Made by a program: the position numbers and the translations under genes
Part shown: one piece after another, positions 9,822 to 18,787 of the stretch
Numbering within the stretch: position 1 is the stretch's first letter
Layout: each line of letters starts with the position of its first letter
Source: an uncultured Chloroflexia bacterium
GTDB taxonomy: Bacteria > Chloroflexota > Limnocylindria > Limnocylindrales > CSP1-4
Assembly: GCA_963813535.1 (NCBI GenBank)
Contig: CAWEZH010000003.1
Span: 736,001 to 800,000, forward strand
Length of the DNA: 64,000 nucleotides
Direction: 5' to 3'
The notes under the pieces: generated by a model
Told to the model about the DNA's origin: nothing
The model's input: only the letters and a program-made list of their open reading frames with translations
Databases searched by the model: none

Positions 9822-11120
9822 ATGTCGACCGAGGCACAGGCGAGCACGGCACCCCGGGCACGTGACCGGGTCGCCGCGGACTGGGTCGACGAGCTCGCGA
9901 TCCCGGTCATCCTGTTCCTCGTCGCCTGGCCCGTCTATGCGTGGATCAACCACGGGCGCACGGCCGACCTGGACTACTTCGTGCCCCTTGCGGACGCCTT
10001 CCTGCACGGGCGACTCGGGCTGCTCGAGGGCGTGTCCTACCTCAACGAGCTGGTACCCAAGGACGGCCTGTTCTACGTCGTGTATCCACCGATGCCGGCA
10101 CTCATCCTGCTGCCGGCTGTGGCCCTGTTCGGCGTCGACTTCCACCAGGAGTGGGCGTCGATCCTCCTCGGTGCCGCGAGCGTCTCCATCATGGCGAGCA
10201 TCCTTCGCGCGATGGGCGTTCGGCGGATGCCGCTCATCGTGCTGTCACTGGTCTTCGCGTTCGGGACGATCGTCTGGTACTCCGCACAGGCGGGCTCGTC
10301 ATGGCACTTCGCCCACGTGGTCGCCACGTTCTTCATGCTGCTCGCGATCAGGGCCTGCCAGCTCGATGCCCGGACCGGGTTGATCGGTCTCCTGGTCGGG
10401 GCCGCCGTGCTCTCGCGATTGCCGTTGATCCTGGCAGCGCCGTACTTCATCGCGTACGTCATCGATCGAGCGGATCGGGAGGCGACCGGCGACCGGACGG
10501 TGTTCGGAGCACTCGGCGTCGAGCGGCCCATCGCCTGGCTGACCCGGATCGACGTTCCGCGGGTGGTCGACCTCGGCGGGCGCCTGGCCGTGAGCGTCGG
10601 CCTGATGGTCGTGTGGTACCTGGCCTATGACTTCATGCGCTTCGGAACGCCCTTCGAGAACGGCTACGCGCTGATCCCGGGCCTCCTCGCGGAAGACCAG
10701 TACCGCCACGGATTCTTCAGCCTCTTCAACATCCCCCACAAGGTCTACGCGTTGTTCCTCAGCGGCCCCATCGAGATCGGCGAGTTCCCTTGGATCCAGT
10801 CGCGCCAGCTGGGCGGCTTGTCGATCGTGCTCACGACGCCACTCTTCCTTTGGTCGTTCAAAGCACGCCGGCCCGACCTCTTCAATCTCGGCGCCTGGGC
10901 GACGGTCGTACTCACCCTGATCCCGATCGTGACCCACGCCGATCCAGGCGGCGCCCAGTTCGGCTTTCGCTACGCGCAGGACTTCTACCCCTTCCTGTTC
11001 CTGCTGACCGTCCGCGGGCTGGCTGGTCGCATCTCCTTCGAGGCGTGGATCGCGATCGCCATCGGCGGCCTCGTGAATCTGTGGGGAATGGGCTCGACGT
11101 ACTTCGATTGGTGGGCGTGA
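9822..11120 (+). CDS. Polytopic membrane protein, probable GT-C glycosyltransferase; paralog of 47371-48606
   Basis: LADAFLHGR...YVVYPPMPA...QFGFRY motifs shared with the paralog. Confidence 0.7.
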   Translation: MSTEAQASTAPRARDRVAADWVDELAIPVILFLVAWPVYAWINHGRTADLDYFVPLADAFLHGRLGLLEGVSYLNELVPKDGLFYVVYPPMPALILLPAVALFGVDFHQEWASILLGAASVSIMASILRAMGVRRMPLIVLSLVFAFGTIVWYSAQAGSSWHFAHVVATFFMLLAIRACQLDARTGLIGLLVGAAVLSRLPLILAAPYFIAYVIDRADREATGDRTVFGALGVERPIAWLTRIDVPRVVDLGGRLAVSVGLMVVWYLAYDFMRFGTPFENGYALIPGLLAEDQYRHGFFSLFNIPHKVYALFLSGPIEIGEFPWIQSRQLGGLSIVLTTPLFLWSFKARRPDLFNLGAWATVVLTLIPIVTHADPGGAQFGFRYAQDFYPFLFLLTVRGLAGRISFEAWIAIAIGGLVNLWGMGSTYFDWWA

Positions 11121-13372
11121 GCCGGTCCGGCGTCATCTCGACCGCGCTGAGCGCGACCGTCCCGTCCCTGCTCGTCATCGCCCTCATCGAGGCCCTCATC
11201 GCGACCCGCCTGCCGATGCCGCCGGGCATGACGCTCTGGAACCTCGACCTGCCGAAGATCGACGCCCCGCTGGCGGTCTTCATGTCGGAGGCGCTGGACC
11301 AGGGTCGGCTGCCGTTATGGAACGACCGACTGGGCCTCGGCTTCCCGCTGTACGCAGAGGGCCAGATCGGGGCGTTCTACCCGCCCAACTGGGCCCTGTT
11401 CCAGCTCGACCCGCTCGACGCGCTCGCCGCCTCGCGGGTCGTGCACCTCGTCGCGGCCGGCTTGGGGACGGGGCTCCTTGCGCTCCGGATCACCGGGTCT
11501 CGACCGGGCGCCGTCGTGGCGACCTCGGTCGCCGTCCTCGGCGGTGCCATCGCGACCAAGCTCGAGTGGACCAACATGGTCGCCGCCTATGCCTGGCTGC
11601 CTTGGGTCCTGCTGCCCCTGTCGCGCAGGCCCACCCCCACACGCGTCGGTCTGCTCATGGCCGGTATCGCGTGGGGCCTGCAGGCGCTCGCCGGTCACCC
11701 CAACACGTGGCTGCTGACCGGGATCGCTGCAGCGACACTCCTCATCGCGACGCACCACGATCGCGGTCTCGTGCCGCGGTTGCTCGTCTTCGGCGGCGTC
11801 GGCGTCGCGATCGGTGCCATCCAACTGCTCCCGACGCTGCTACTGACGACGCTCTCGGTTCGGAGCCTGGGCCTGAGTCCGGACGATGTCTTCGCCTCCG
11901 CGGCGACCCCGTTCGACGTGCTCGGTTTCGGCTTCGCGCAGCCGTTCATCAGGGCCGGGCGGGACGGCTGGGACATCTTCACCAACTGGTACCCGGACGG
12001 GATCTTCGCGCTGCTCGAGGCGAGCGCCTTCGTGGGTCTGCCGGTCATCGCCCTCGCAGCAGCCAGCGTCACGTCCCGACGTGCCCGGCGCTGGCTCGTC
12101 GTTGCGGCGGTGATGCTGGCGATCCCCGTCGTCGCGGCATTCCGACCGACCGTCTGGCTGGACCTGCCACTGCTGAACGGACTTCGGTCGCCGGTCCGGT
12201 CCTACGTCGTCGTCGCCCTGGTGCTCGGGCTCCTCGCGGCCATCGCGATCGCCAGGGCGCGCCACGGGACCTCGGCCTGGCCGGTTCGCCTGGCCGCGGT
12301 CGCGGTCGGGCTCACGATGGTCGCCTACATCGGAACGCTGGCGATGGCCGGTCTCGCGCCGGAGGCGTTCGCGACGCTCTACGGCGCAGCCGTGAACCAC
12401 CCATCGCCCGAAGCCACCGAGGCTGCCCGATCGGCCGCCGTGGCCGCGCTGGCATCGCCGCTTCCGATCGTCCTCGAGATCGCGGCCGGGGTCGTCATGG
12501 TCGCCCTGCTCGCACCGCGCCACGGCTGGGCCATGACCACCGCGCGGGTGCTGCTCGTGATCGTGCCACTCGCCCTGCTCGCACCGATGGCGAACCAGAT
12601 CCGGCCGACTTCGGACGCCCTCGTGTCAGGCGGCGAACTCGCGACGGCATTGCGCGAGTACGCGCCGAACCGTGTCCTGACGATCGACCCGCCGGGCTTC
12701 GCTCCGCCGTCCCCGGACCGCCTCGCCGCCGCCGGCGTCCCCGACCTCGCCATGTTCAGTTCGCTTGATCTGCTGGCCAGCGACAGGCTGCTCGATCAGG
12801 TCCGCAACGGTCCGGACGCGGACGCCGTGCGTGCCCTGACCGGGATCGACGTGCTGGTCACGTTCGACCGGCCCTGCCCGGGTCACGACGTTCGCCAGTT
12901 GACGCAGGACGCGGCGGTCGTGTGCCGGATCGACGCGGTGAACGCGCCGTACTGGCTGCCCGCCGACGTGGTCACCGTCGGGGACCCCGCGACCTCGCCG
13001 ATCTCGCCGCGTGACGCGACGATCGATCCCGTCAAGGCCCTCGCCGCGGTGCGTCCAGGCGACGTGTCGGTGGAAGGACCGGACGACCTGGTCGCGCAGG
13101 TCGATGCCCCGGCCGCTGGGTACGTGTGGATCGATCGCGCGTGGTGGCCCGGCTGGAACGTGACCGTCGACGGCGTGCGGGTGCGACCGCTCCGCGCGCT
13201 GGCCGGACAGCTGGTGCCCGTGGACGCGGGCAGCCACGAGATCCGGCTGCACCTCGTGCCGTGGGATGCCCTTGTGGGACTCGGAGCTGCGGTCGTCGCG
13301 ACGCTCCTCGCGGCCAGCTGGGTCCTCCGTGGCCGGCAGGCCCGGGAGGATGATGAAGGTCCCCGCTCCTAG
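11117..13372 (+). CDS. YfhO-like membrane glycosyltransferase (GT-C)
   Basis: LPLWNDRLGLGFPLYAEGQ..FYP; C-terminal WWPGW.VTVDG...VPV..GSHEI. Confidence 0.8.
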   Translation: MSRSGVISTALSATVPSLLVIALIEALIATRLPMPPGMTLWNLDLPKIDAPLAVFMSEALDQGRLPLWNDRLGLGFPLYAEGQIGAFYPPNWALFQLDPLDALAASRVVHLVAAGLGTGLLALRITGSRPGAVVATSVAVLGGAIATKLEWTNMVAAYAWLPWVLLPLSRRPTPTRVGLLMAGIAWGLQALAGHPNTWLLTGIAAATLLIATHHDRGLVPRLLVFGGVGVAIGAIQLLPTLLLTTLSVRSLGLSPDDVFASAATPFDVLGFGFAQPFIRAGRDGWDIFTNWYPDGIFALLEASAFVGLPVIALAAASVTSRRARRWLVVAAVMLAIPVVAAFRPTVWLDLPLLNGLRSPVRSYVVVALVLGLLAAIAIARARHGTSAWPVRLAAVAVGLTMVAYIGTLAMAGLAPEAFATLYGAAVNHPSPEATEAARSAAVAALASPLPIVLEIAAGVVMVALLAPRHGWAMTTARVLLVIVPLALLAPMANQIRPTSDALVSGGELATALREYAPNRVLTIDPPGFAPPSPDRLAAAGVPDLAMFSSLDLLASDRLLDQVRNGPDADAVRALTGIDVLVTFDRPCPGHDVRQLTQDAAVVCRIDAVNAPYWLPADVVTVGDPATSPISPRDATIDPVKALAAVRPGDVSVEGPDDLVAQVDAPAAGYVWIDRAWWPGWNVTVDGVRVRPLRALAGQLVPVDAGSHEIRLHLVPWDALVGLGAAVVATLLAASWVLRGRQAREDDEGPRS

Positions 13373-13815
13373 CCCTTCGGCTCGACGACGATCGTGACCT
13401 CGGGCGTCATGCCCGTGAACACCTTGATCGCGACCTTGTACGTGCCGAGCGACTTGAGCGGCTCCTCGAGGTCGATCTTGTGCCGGTCGATCTCGATCCC
13501 GCGGCGCGCGAGCGCATCGGCGATGTCCTTGGACGTGATCGAGCCGTAGAGCTTGCCGCCCTCACCGACCTTGACGCCCATCGTCAGCGTCGTCGAGGAG
13601 ATGCGGGTCGTGGCGATCTCGGCTTCCTCGCGCTCCTTGCGGCGCTTGTCCTCGCGGCTCGCGATGTCGTGCTGCCACGCGCGGTACGCGCCGCCGGCGG
13701 CGGGCACCGCCAACGAGTGCGGGATCAGGTAGTTGGTCGCGTAGCCGTCCGCGACCTGCTTCAGGTCGCCGCTCTTGCCGAGCTTCGGAACGTCCGTGGT
13801 CAGGATGACCTTCAA
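13369..13815 (-). CDS. rplI: 50S ribosomal protein L9
   Basis: MKVILTTDVPKLGKSG..VADGYATNYLIP, GKLYGSITSKDI. Confidence 0.97.
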   Translation of the reverse strand: MKVILTTDVPKLGKSGDLKQVADGYATNYLIPHSLAVPAAGGAYRAWQHDIASREDKRRKEREEAEIATTRISSTTLTMGVKVGEGGKLYGSITSKDIADALARRGIEIDRHKIDLEEPLKSLGTYKVAIKVFTGMTPEVTIVVEPKG

Positions 13816-14309
13816 GTGCTGGGCTCCTCCTTGGTGATCCAGGCTCGCGCACGCGGCACGATCCCGGACCGTTCGATGGCGCGACCGGCGGCCGTGACGA
13901 GGCCGGGGATGCGGCGGATGGTCCGTCGCACGGGACCGGGCGTCAAGCGTCGGATCTGGGCGATATCGCGGTCGAACGACACGCGATCGATGGCGAGGTC
14001 GTCGAGCTTCTCCTGGAGGAGCTCGGGTGGTACGCCATCGATGAACAGGTCGACCGCGAGGACGACGACGACGAAGTCGTCGAGGCCACCGATGACCGGG
14101 ATGTTGTCGGGGATCAGGTCACGGCCCAGGACGAGGTAGCCCGCCGCCGCGCCGAGCAGCACCTTGCGATCGGCCGGCATCCGCTCGTCGACGACGAGCG
14201 CTCCGATCAGCCGGGCGTAGTCCGGTACGCGACTGGCGACCGGCAAGAACGCGAGCAGCGACACGAATCGACCGATGCTCGCTCGTCCCGCATTCCGCTT
14301 GCTGGCCAC
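13812..14309 (-). CDS. YkvA/DUF1232 family protein
   Basis: YLV..RDLIPDNIPVIGGLDD; AGGAGG SD. Confidence 0.85.
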   Translation of the reverse strand: MASKRNAGRASIGRFVSLLAFLPVASRVPDYARLIGALVVDERMPADRKVLLGAAAGYLVLGRDLIPDNIPVIGGLDDFVVVVLAVDLFIDGVPPELLQEKLDDLAIDRVSFDRDIAQIRRLTPGPVRRTIRRIPGLVTAAGRAIERSGIVPRARAWITKEEPST

Positions 14310-14382
14310 GCCGTCGCACCTCCTGATCGCCTGGGGATCGGGAGTCTACCAGCGATCCGGTCCCGATCCGTTCCGGCCAGCC

Positions 14383-14410
14383 TTGACATCGAACGTACGT
14401 TCGGTATGAT
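14383..14410 (+). promoter_or_regulatory. lexA promoter with an SOS box between -35 and -10
   Basis: TTGACA 14383-88, GAACGTACGTTC 14391-402, TATGAT 14405-10. Confidence 0.92.
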
Positions 14411-14430
14411 GCGCGGCGAAGGAGGCGCGA

Positions 14431-15081
14431 GTGACGAAGCACGACGCCGAACGCAAGCTCAGGATCCTCGACTTCATCGCCGCCACCCTTCGCGCGCGCG
14501 GGTATCCGCCGTCGGTGCGCGAGATCATGCAGGCCGTCGGCCTCGCGTCGACCTCGGCCGTCCACCACCATCTCCAGATGCTCGTCCGAGAGGGCTACCT
14601 CGAGCGAGGCGAGGGCCAGAGTCGCGCCATCCGGCTCACGCCGACCTCGGCGATCCGGCTCGGCCTCTCGAGCGAGCTCGTGCCGCAGGCCACGACGGCT
14701 GACGCGCGCGTCGTCCCGATCATCGGCGAGATCGCCGCCGGTGGGCCGATCGAGGCCTACCAGGACGCATCGGAGACGCTGGCCGTGCCGGACATGCTCG
14801 CTCCCAGCGGCGACGCGTATGTGCTCAGGGTGCGCGGCGACTCGATGATCGAGGCCCACATCGCCGATGGCGACTTCGTGCTCATCCGGCCGCAGTCCAC
14901 CGCTCGCAACGGGGACATCGTCGTCGCCCAGGTCGAGGAGAACGCGGTCACGCTGAAGCGCTTCTTCAAGGAGAAGGACAAGATCCGTCTCCAGCCCGCC
15001 AATCCGGAGTATCCGCCCCAGTTCTACGACGACGTCCGGATCCAGGGCAAGCTCATCGGTGTCATCCGCAAGCTCGACTAG
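14431..15081 (+). CDS. lexA: SOS repressor LexA
   Basis: GYPPSVREI, IAAG cleavage site, GDSM serine, TLK lysine. Confidence 0.97.
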   Translation: MTKHDAERKLRILDFIAATLRARGYPPSVREIMQAVGLASTSAVHHHLQMLVREGYLERGEGQSRAIRLTPTSAIRLGLSSELVPQATTADARVVPIIGEIAAGGPIEAYQDASETLAVPDMLAPSGDAYVLRVRGDSMIEAHIADGDFVLIRPQSTARNGDIVVAQVEENAVTLKRFFKEKDKIRLQPANPEYPPQFYDDVRIQGKLIGVIRKLD

Positions 15082-15248
15082 AAGCGGGTCGTTGGACGCC
15101 CGACTGCCGGCGTTGACGACCTCCGCGCCTCGCTCACGCACTTTGAGTGCGTTCGCTCCGGTGCTCGATCGTCGCCTTGGCCTCGGACGCCCAACGACCC
15201 GATTCTCAGGTCGTCACCGCCCTCCGCGCCGATCCTCGATTCGATGGA

Positions 15249-15316
15249 CTGTCCACAGGTTTCCCACAGGGCGCTAACCGGGGACGCGAAAGTCGTGGAC
15301 GCGGTTCGGGGATAAG
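15249..15316. promoter_or_regulatory. Possible DnaA-box cluster upstream of dnaB
   Basis: CTGTCCACA 15249-57, TTTCCCACA 15260-68, and reverse-strand CTTATCCCC 15308-16; all imperfect. Confidence 0.45.
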
Positions 15317-15383
15317 GGCCTATCGGCCGGAGGGCCACTCCGCGAGAGTGGGGACTTCATCCCAGCAGTCATCTCGGGGACAC

Positions 15384-16734
15384 ATGATCGACCGCCTTCC
15401 GCCACAGAGTCTCGAAGCCGAGCAGTCCGTTCTCGGCGCCATCCTCATCGACCGCGATGCCGTCGTCGAGGTCGCCGAGTTCCTGCGGCCCGAGGATTTC
15501 TACCGTCAGGCCAACAGCCGCATCTATGCCGCGATCCTCGACCTGTTCGAGCGCCGCGAGCCGATCGACATCGTCACCGTGGCGGAGGCGCTCGAGCGCC
15601 GCGAGGACCTCGAAGCCGTGGGCGGCCGGGCCTACCTGTCGAGCCTGAGCAACGAGACGCCGACCGCCGTCCACGCAGCGCAGTACGCCCGGATCGTCGA
15701 ACGCAAGGCCGTGCTGCGGAACCTCATCGGTGCCGCCGGCCGCATCGCCGGCATCGGCTACGAGGATCCGGCCGAGATCCAGGAGGCGATCGACCGGGCC
15801 GAGTCGGAGCTGTTCGCCGTCAGCCAGAAGCGCATCGACGCCGGCTTCAGCCCGCTCAAGTCGCTGCTCCACGATGCGTACGACCGTCTCGACTACCTGC
15901 ACACCCACCGCGGTGAGATCTCGGGCGTCCGGAGCGGCTTCACCGACCTCGATGCGCTCACGACGGGACTCCAGCCGAGCGACCTGATCGTGGTCGCAGC
16001 GCGTCCCTCGGTCGGCAAGACGTCGTTCGCCCTCAACGTCGCCGAGCACGCCGCCGTGCGCGAGGGCAAGAGCGTCGGTGTCTTCAGCCTGGAGATGAGC
16101 AAGGAGCAGCTGGTCCTGCGCCTGCTCTCGAGCGTCGCCAACATCGACTCGCAGAAGCTCCGCTCCGGTTTCCTGGACGAGCTCGACTTCACCCGCATCG
16201 CGCCGGCGATGAACTCGCTGTCCGAGGCGCCGATGTACATCGACGACACGCCGAACATCAGCGCCATGGAGCTGCGCACCAAGGCCCGCCGGCTGCAGGC
16301 CGAGGCCGGTCTCGATCTCGTGATCGTCGACTACCTGCAGCTCGATGCAGGCGACGACGACCAACAGGGACGCCAACCGCGTCCAGGAAGTCTCCGAGAT
16401 CTCCCGCGGCCTCAAGGCCCTCGCGCGCGAGCTGTCCGTGCCGGTCATCGCCCTCTCGCAGCTATCACGCCAGCCGGAGATGCGCGAGTCGAAGGAACCG
16501 CGCCTGTCCGACCTGCGCGAGTCGGGGGCGATCGAGCAGGACGCCGACCTCGTGCTCTTCCTGTGGCGCGACAAGGAGCGCGGCAGCGACGATCAGGAGA
16601 CGGACGGCGAGGTCATCAACCTCAAGCTGGCCAAGCATCGCAACGGCCCGACCGGCGAGGTGCAGCTCTGGTTCAAGAAGCGCCAGACGCGCTTCGTGTC
16701 GTACGCGGGCGAGCGCTACGCAGAGGTGAGCTAG
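15384..16734 (+). CDS. dnaB: Replicative DNA helicase (extra G at ~16344 splits the ORF)
   Basis: [29 protein letters not shown]|[24 protein letters not shown]. Confidence 0.95.
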
Positions 16735-16742
16735 CTCGCGGA

Positions 16743-16781
16743 CATGCCACGAGGCCGACCCCTCACCGGGTCGACCTCGTC
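16743..16781 (-). repeat. Hairpin element, copy 1 (terminator/REP-like)
   Basis: ACGAGG-CCGACCC...GGGTCG-A-CCTCGT; 19 bp identical to the reverse complement of 18309-18327. Confidence 0.7.
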
Positions 16782-16803
16782 GAGGTCGCGATGGGCTGCT
16801 GGC

Positions 16804-17109
16804 TCAGACGTGGGCGGGCGTCTCCAGGGTGCCTGCTCGGACCTTGTCGAAGCAGGAGCTGCAGTACACCGGCCGATCGTTCCGCGGCGCGAACGGCACG
16901 ACGGCCTGACCCCCACATGAGCCGCAGATCGCCGCGTGGAACTCGCGGGGCCCTTCGTTGTTGCGCGCCCGCTTCGCTGCCGCGCGGCATGACGGACAGC
17001 GCTGCGGGTCGTTGACCAGGCTCTTGCTGGCATAGAAGGCCTGCTCGCCAGCGGAGAAGGTGAACTCCTCGCTGCAGTCGCGACAGGTCAGTGTTCGATC
17101 CTGGTACAC
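16804..17109 (-). CDS. Zinc-ribbon / CxxC-x17-CxxC domain protein
   Basis: YQDRTLTCRDC..FTFSAGEQAFY...RCPSCR; C..CG...VPF.P..DRPVYCSSCF. Confidence 0.9.
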   Translation of the reverse strand: MYQDRTLTCRDCSEEFTFSAGEQAFYASKSLVNDPQRCPSCRAAAKRARNNEGPREFHAAICGSCGGQAVVPFAPRNDRPVYCSSCFDKVRAGTLETPAHV

Positions 17110-17338
17110 GATCTCCGGACCCTCCCTACGCTCGGACGCCGTGACGATCGGCCCGGCGCGCTGCCGCACGGCACTGGGCCGAGTGCGCTGGGGGCAGATA
17201 GGGGGGTACTGCGCGCTCGGTCCGGTCCGGGCGGAGCCCGGGTCATAGCGGTGAAGATACGCGCGCCGTCAAGAGGTGTGGATAGGTGTAGTGACCGATG
17301 TCGCGGAACCTTGGCCGGCCTCGCGACGTCCCGCAGCC

Positions 17339-18262
17339 ATGTCATACCGCACACGCCGTCTGGCGACCCTCACCCTGACCCCGTTCCTCATCGTGTCGTT
17401 CGTCGCCTGCAGCAGCGGCGCGGCCCCGTCGGCGCCCCCGAGCGCGGCCCCGTCCGGGGCCCCCGCAAGTGAGGCTCCGAGCCCTTCCAGCGCAGGCGCT
17501 GTGGAGCACAAGACCGGGGCCACCGATGTGCTCCTGCGGTACGAGGAGGGCGGCGGTTTCATGATGGCCGGCTACGCGGCCTCCCAGGCCCCGATCTTCA
17601 CGCTGTACGGCGATGGCACGGTGATCTTCCGCAACCCGATGCTGGACGTGCCGCCGGCGCAGGGCTCGACGATGACCTTCAACCCGCTCCGGACTGCGAA
17701 GCTCAGCGAGGAGCAGATCGGCGAGCTGCTGACACTCGCGCTCGGCGAAGGTGGCCTCGCCGCGGCCCGTCCGAAGTACGACAACATGATGGTCTCCGAC
17801 GCCAGCACCGCGGTCTTCACGATCGATGCGGGCGGCATCAAGAAGGCCGTCTCGGTCTACGCGCTCGGTATGGAGCCCCAGGCGGGCGACCCGGACACGA
17901 TCGCCAAGACGGCATTCAAGAAACTGGCCGATCGGCTGTCCGACTTCGACCAGGGCGGCTCGATCACGACGGCGGTGTACGAGCCCGAGGCCTACCGCGC
18001 GTCGATCATCGAGAGCCCCGGCATGGTCGCCCCGGACATCATCGACTGGCCGTGGGCCGACCTGACCGTCGCGGACTTCAGATCGGACGCGGATCCCAAC
18101 GGGCTGTCCTTCCCGCACCACACCCTGACGACCGACGAAGTCGCGAAGCTCGGGGTCAAGGACTTCGAGGGCGGTTTCAACGGGCTCGTCCTCCGAGGAT
18201 CGGACGACAAGCTCTACACCCTCGCGCTTCGCCCTCTCCTCGCCGACGACAAGGACGCCTAG
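17339..18262 (+). CDS. Putative lipoprotein with an S/A/P-rich linker
   Basis: Signal peptide with lipobox FVAC; P.FTLYGDG.VI motif. Confidence 0.8.
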   Translation: MSYRTRRLATLTLTPFLIVSFVACSSGAAPSAPPSAAPSGAPASEAPSPSSAGAVEHKTGATDVLLRYEEGGGFMMAGYAASQAPIFTLYGDGTVIFRNPMLDVPPAQGSTMTFNPLRTAKLSEEQIGELLTLALGEGGLAAARPKYDNMMVSDASTAVFTIDAGGIKKAVSVYALGMEPQAGDPDTIAKTAFKKLADRLSDFDQGGSITTAVYEPEAYRASIIESPGMVAPDIIDWPWADLTVADFRSDADPNGLSFPHHTLTTDEVAKLGVKDFEGGFNGLVLRGSDDKLYTLALRPLLADDKDA

Positions 18263-18288
18263 GAGCCGACACGCACTCCCAAGCGTCT

Positions 18289-18327
18289 CACGAGGCCGGC
18301 CCGGCAACGGGTCGGCCTCGTGGCATG
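18289..18327 (+). terminator. Hairpin element, copy 2 (15-bp stem, GCAA loop)
   Basis: CACGAGGCCGGCCCG-GCAA-CGGGTCGGCCTCGTG just after the lipoprotein stop. Confidence 0.7.
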
Positions 18328-18371
18328 ATGGCCGCGCCGGACCGTGATCGATGGACCTGGGAGGTGCAACC

Positions 18372-18575
18372 GTGGGCGTGATCATCATCCGAGAGATGGT
18401 CGGGACCAGCCCGCGGTCGTGGAGCGATGCCGCCCGTCAGGCCGTCGCCACCGCGTCCAAGACGGTCCGCAACATCCAGACGGTCGAGGTCGTGAAATCG
18501 AGCGCCGTCGTCGAGGACGGCGAGATCGTCGAGTACCGGGTCGAGCTCAAGATCGGCTTCGAATACGAGGGCTGA
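18372..18575 (+). CDS. Dodecin family flavin-binding protein
   Basis: EMVGTSPRSWSDAARQAV..ASKTVRNI...EYRVELKIGF; GGAGG SD. Confidence 0.9.
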   Translation: MGVIIIREMVGTSPRSWSDAARQAVATASKTVRNIQTVEVVKSSAVVEDGEIVEYRVELKIGFEYEG

Positions 18576-18787
18576 CCCCGCAGCTAATCGTCGGTTGAGC
18601 GCGTGGCGCCACCATGGCGCCCATGCCCGACCGCCCCTCGCTCGGCTCCGTTGACACGGCGCGCGAGCGGTCGATATCGTTCGCGCCTCCCGAACCGCGT
18701 CAAGCATCGAGCCAATTCATCAGCCGTCATCCGGTTCCGGTCGGTCCGGGCCGCGCGGTCGAGGCGACCTCGTCCAGGAGTGCCCAC

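Noticed and set aside
16321-16360. Programmed frameshift or intein split in dnaB
   Set aside because: No slippery sequence or intein motifs; one extra G explains the break
17110-17290. Structured leader RNA upstream of the zinc-ribbon gene
   Set aside because: GC-rich pairings are possible, but I recognise no RNA family motif
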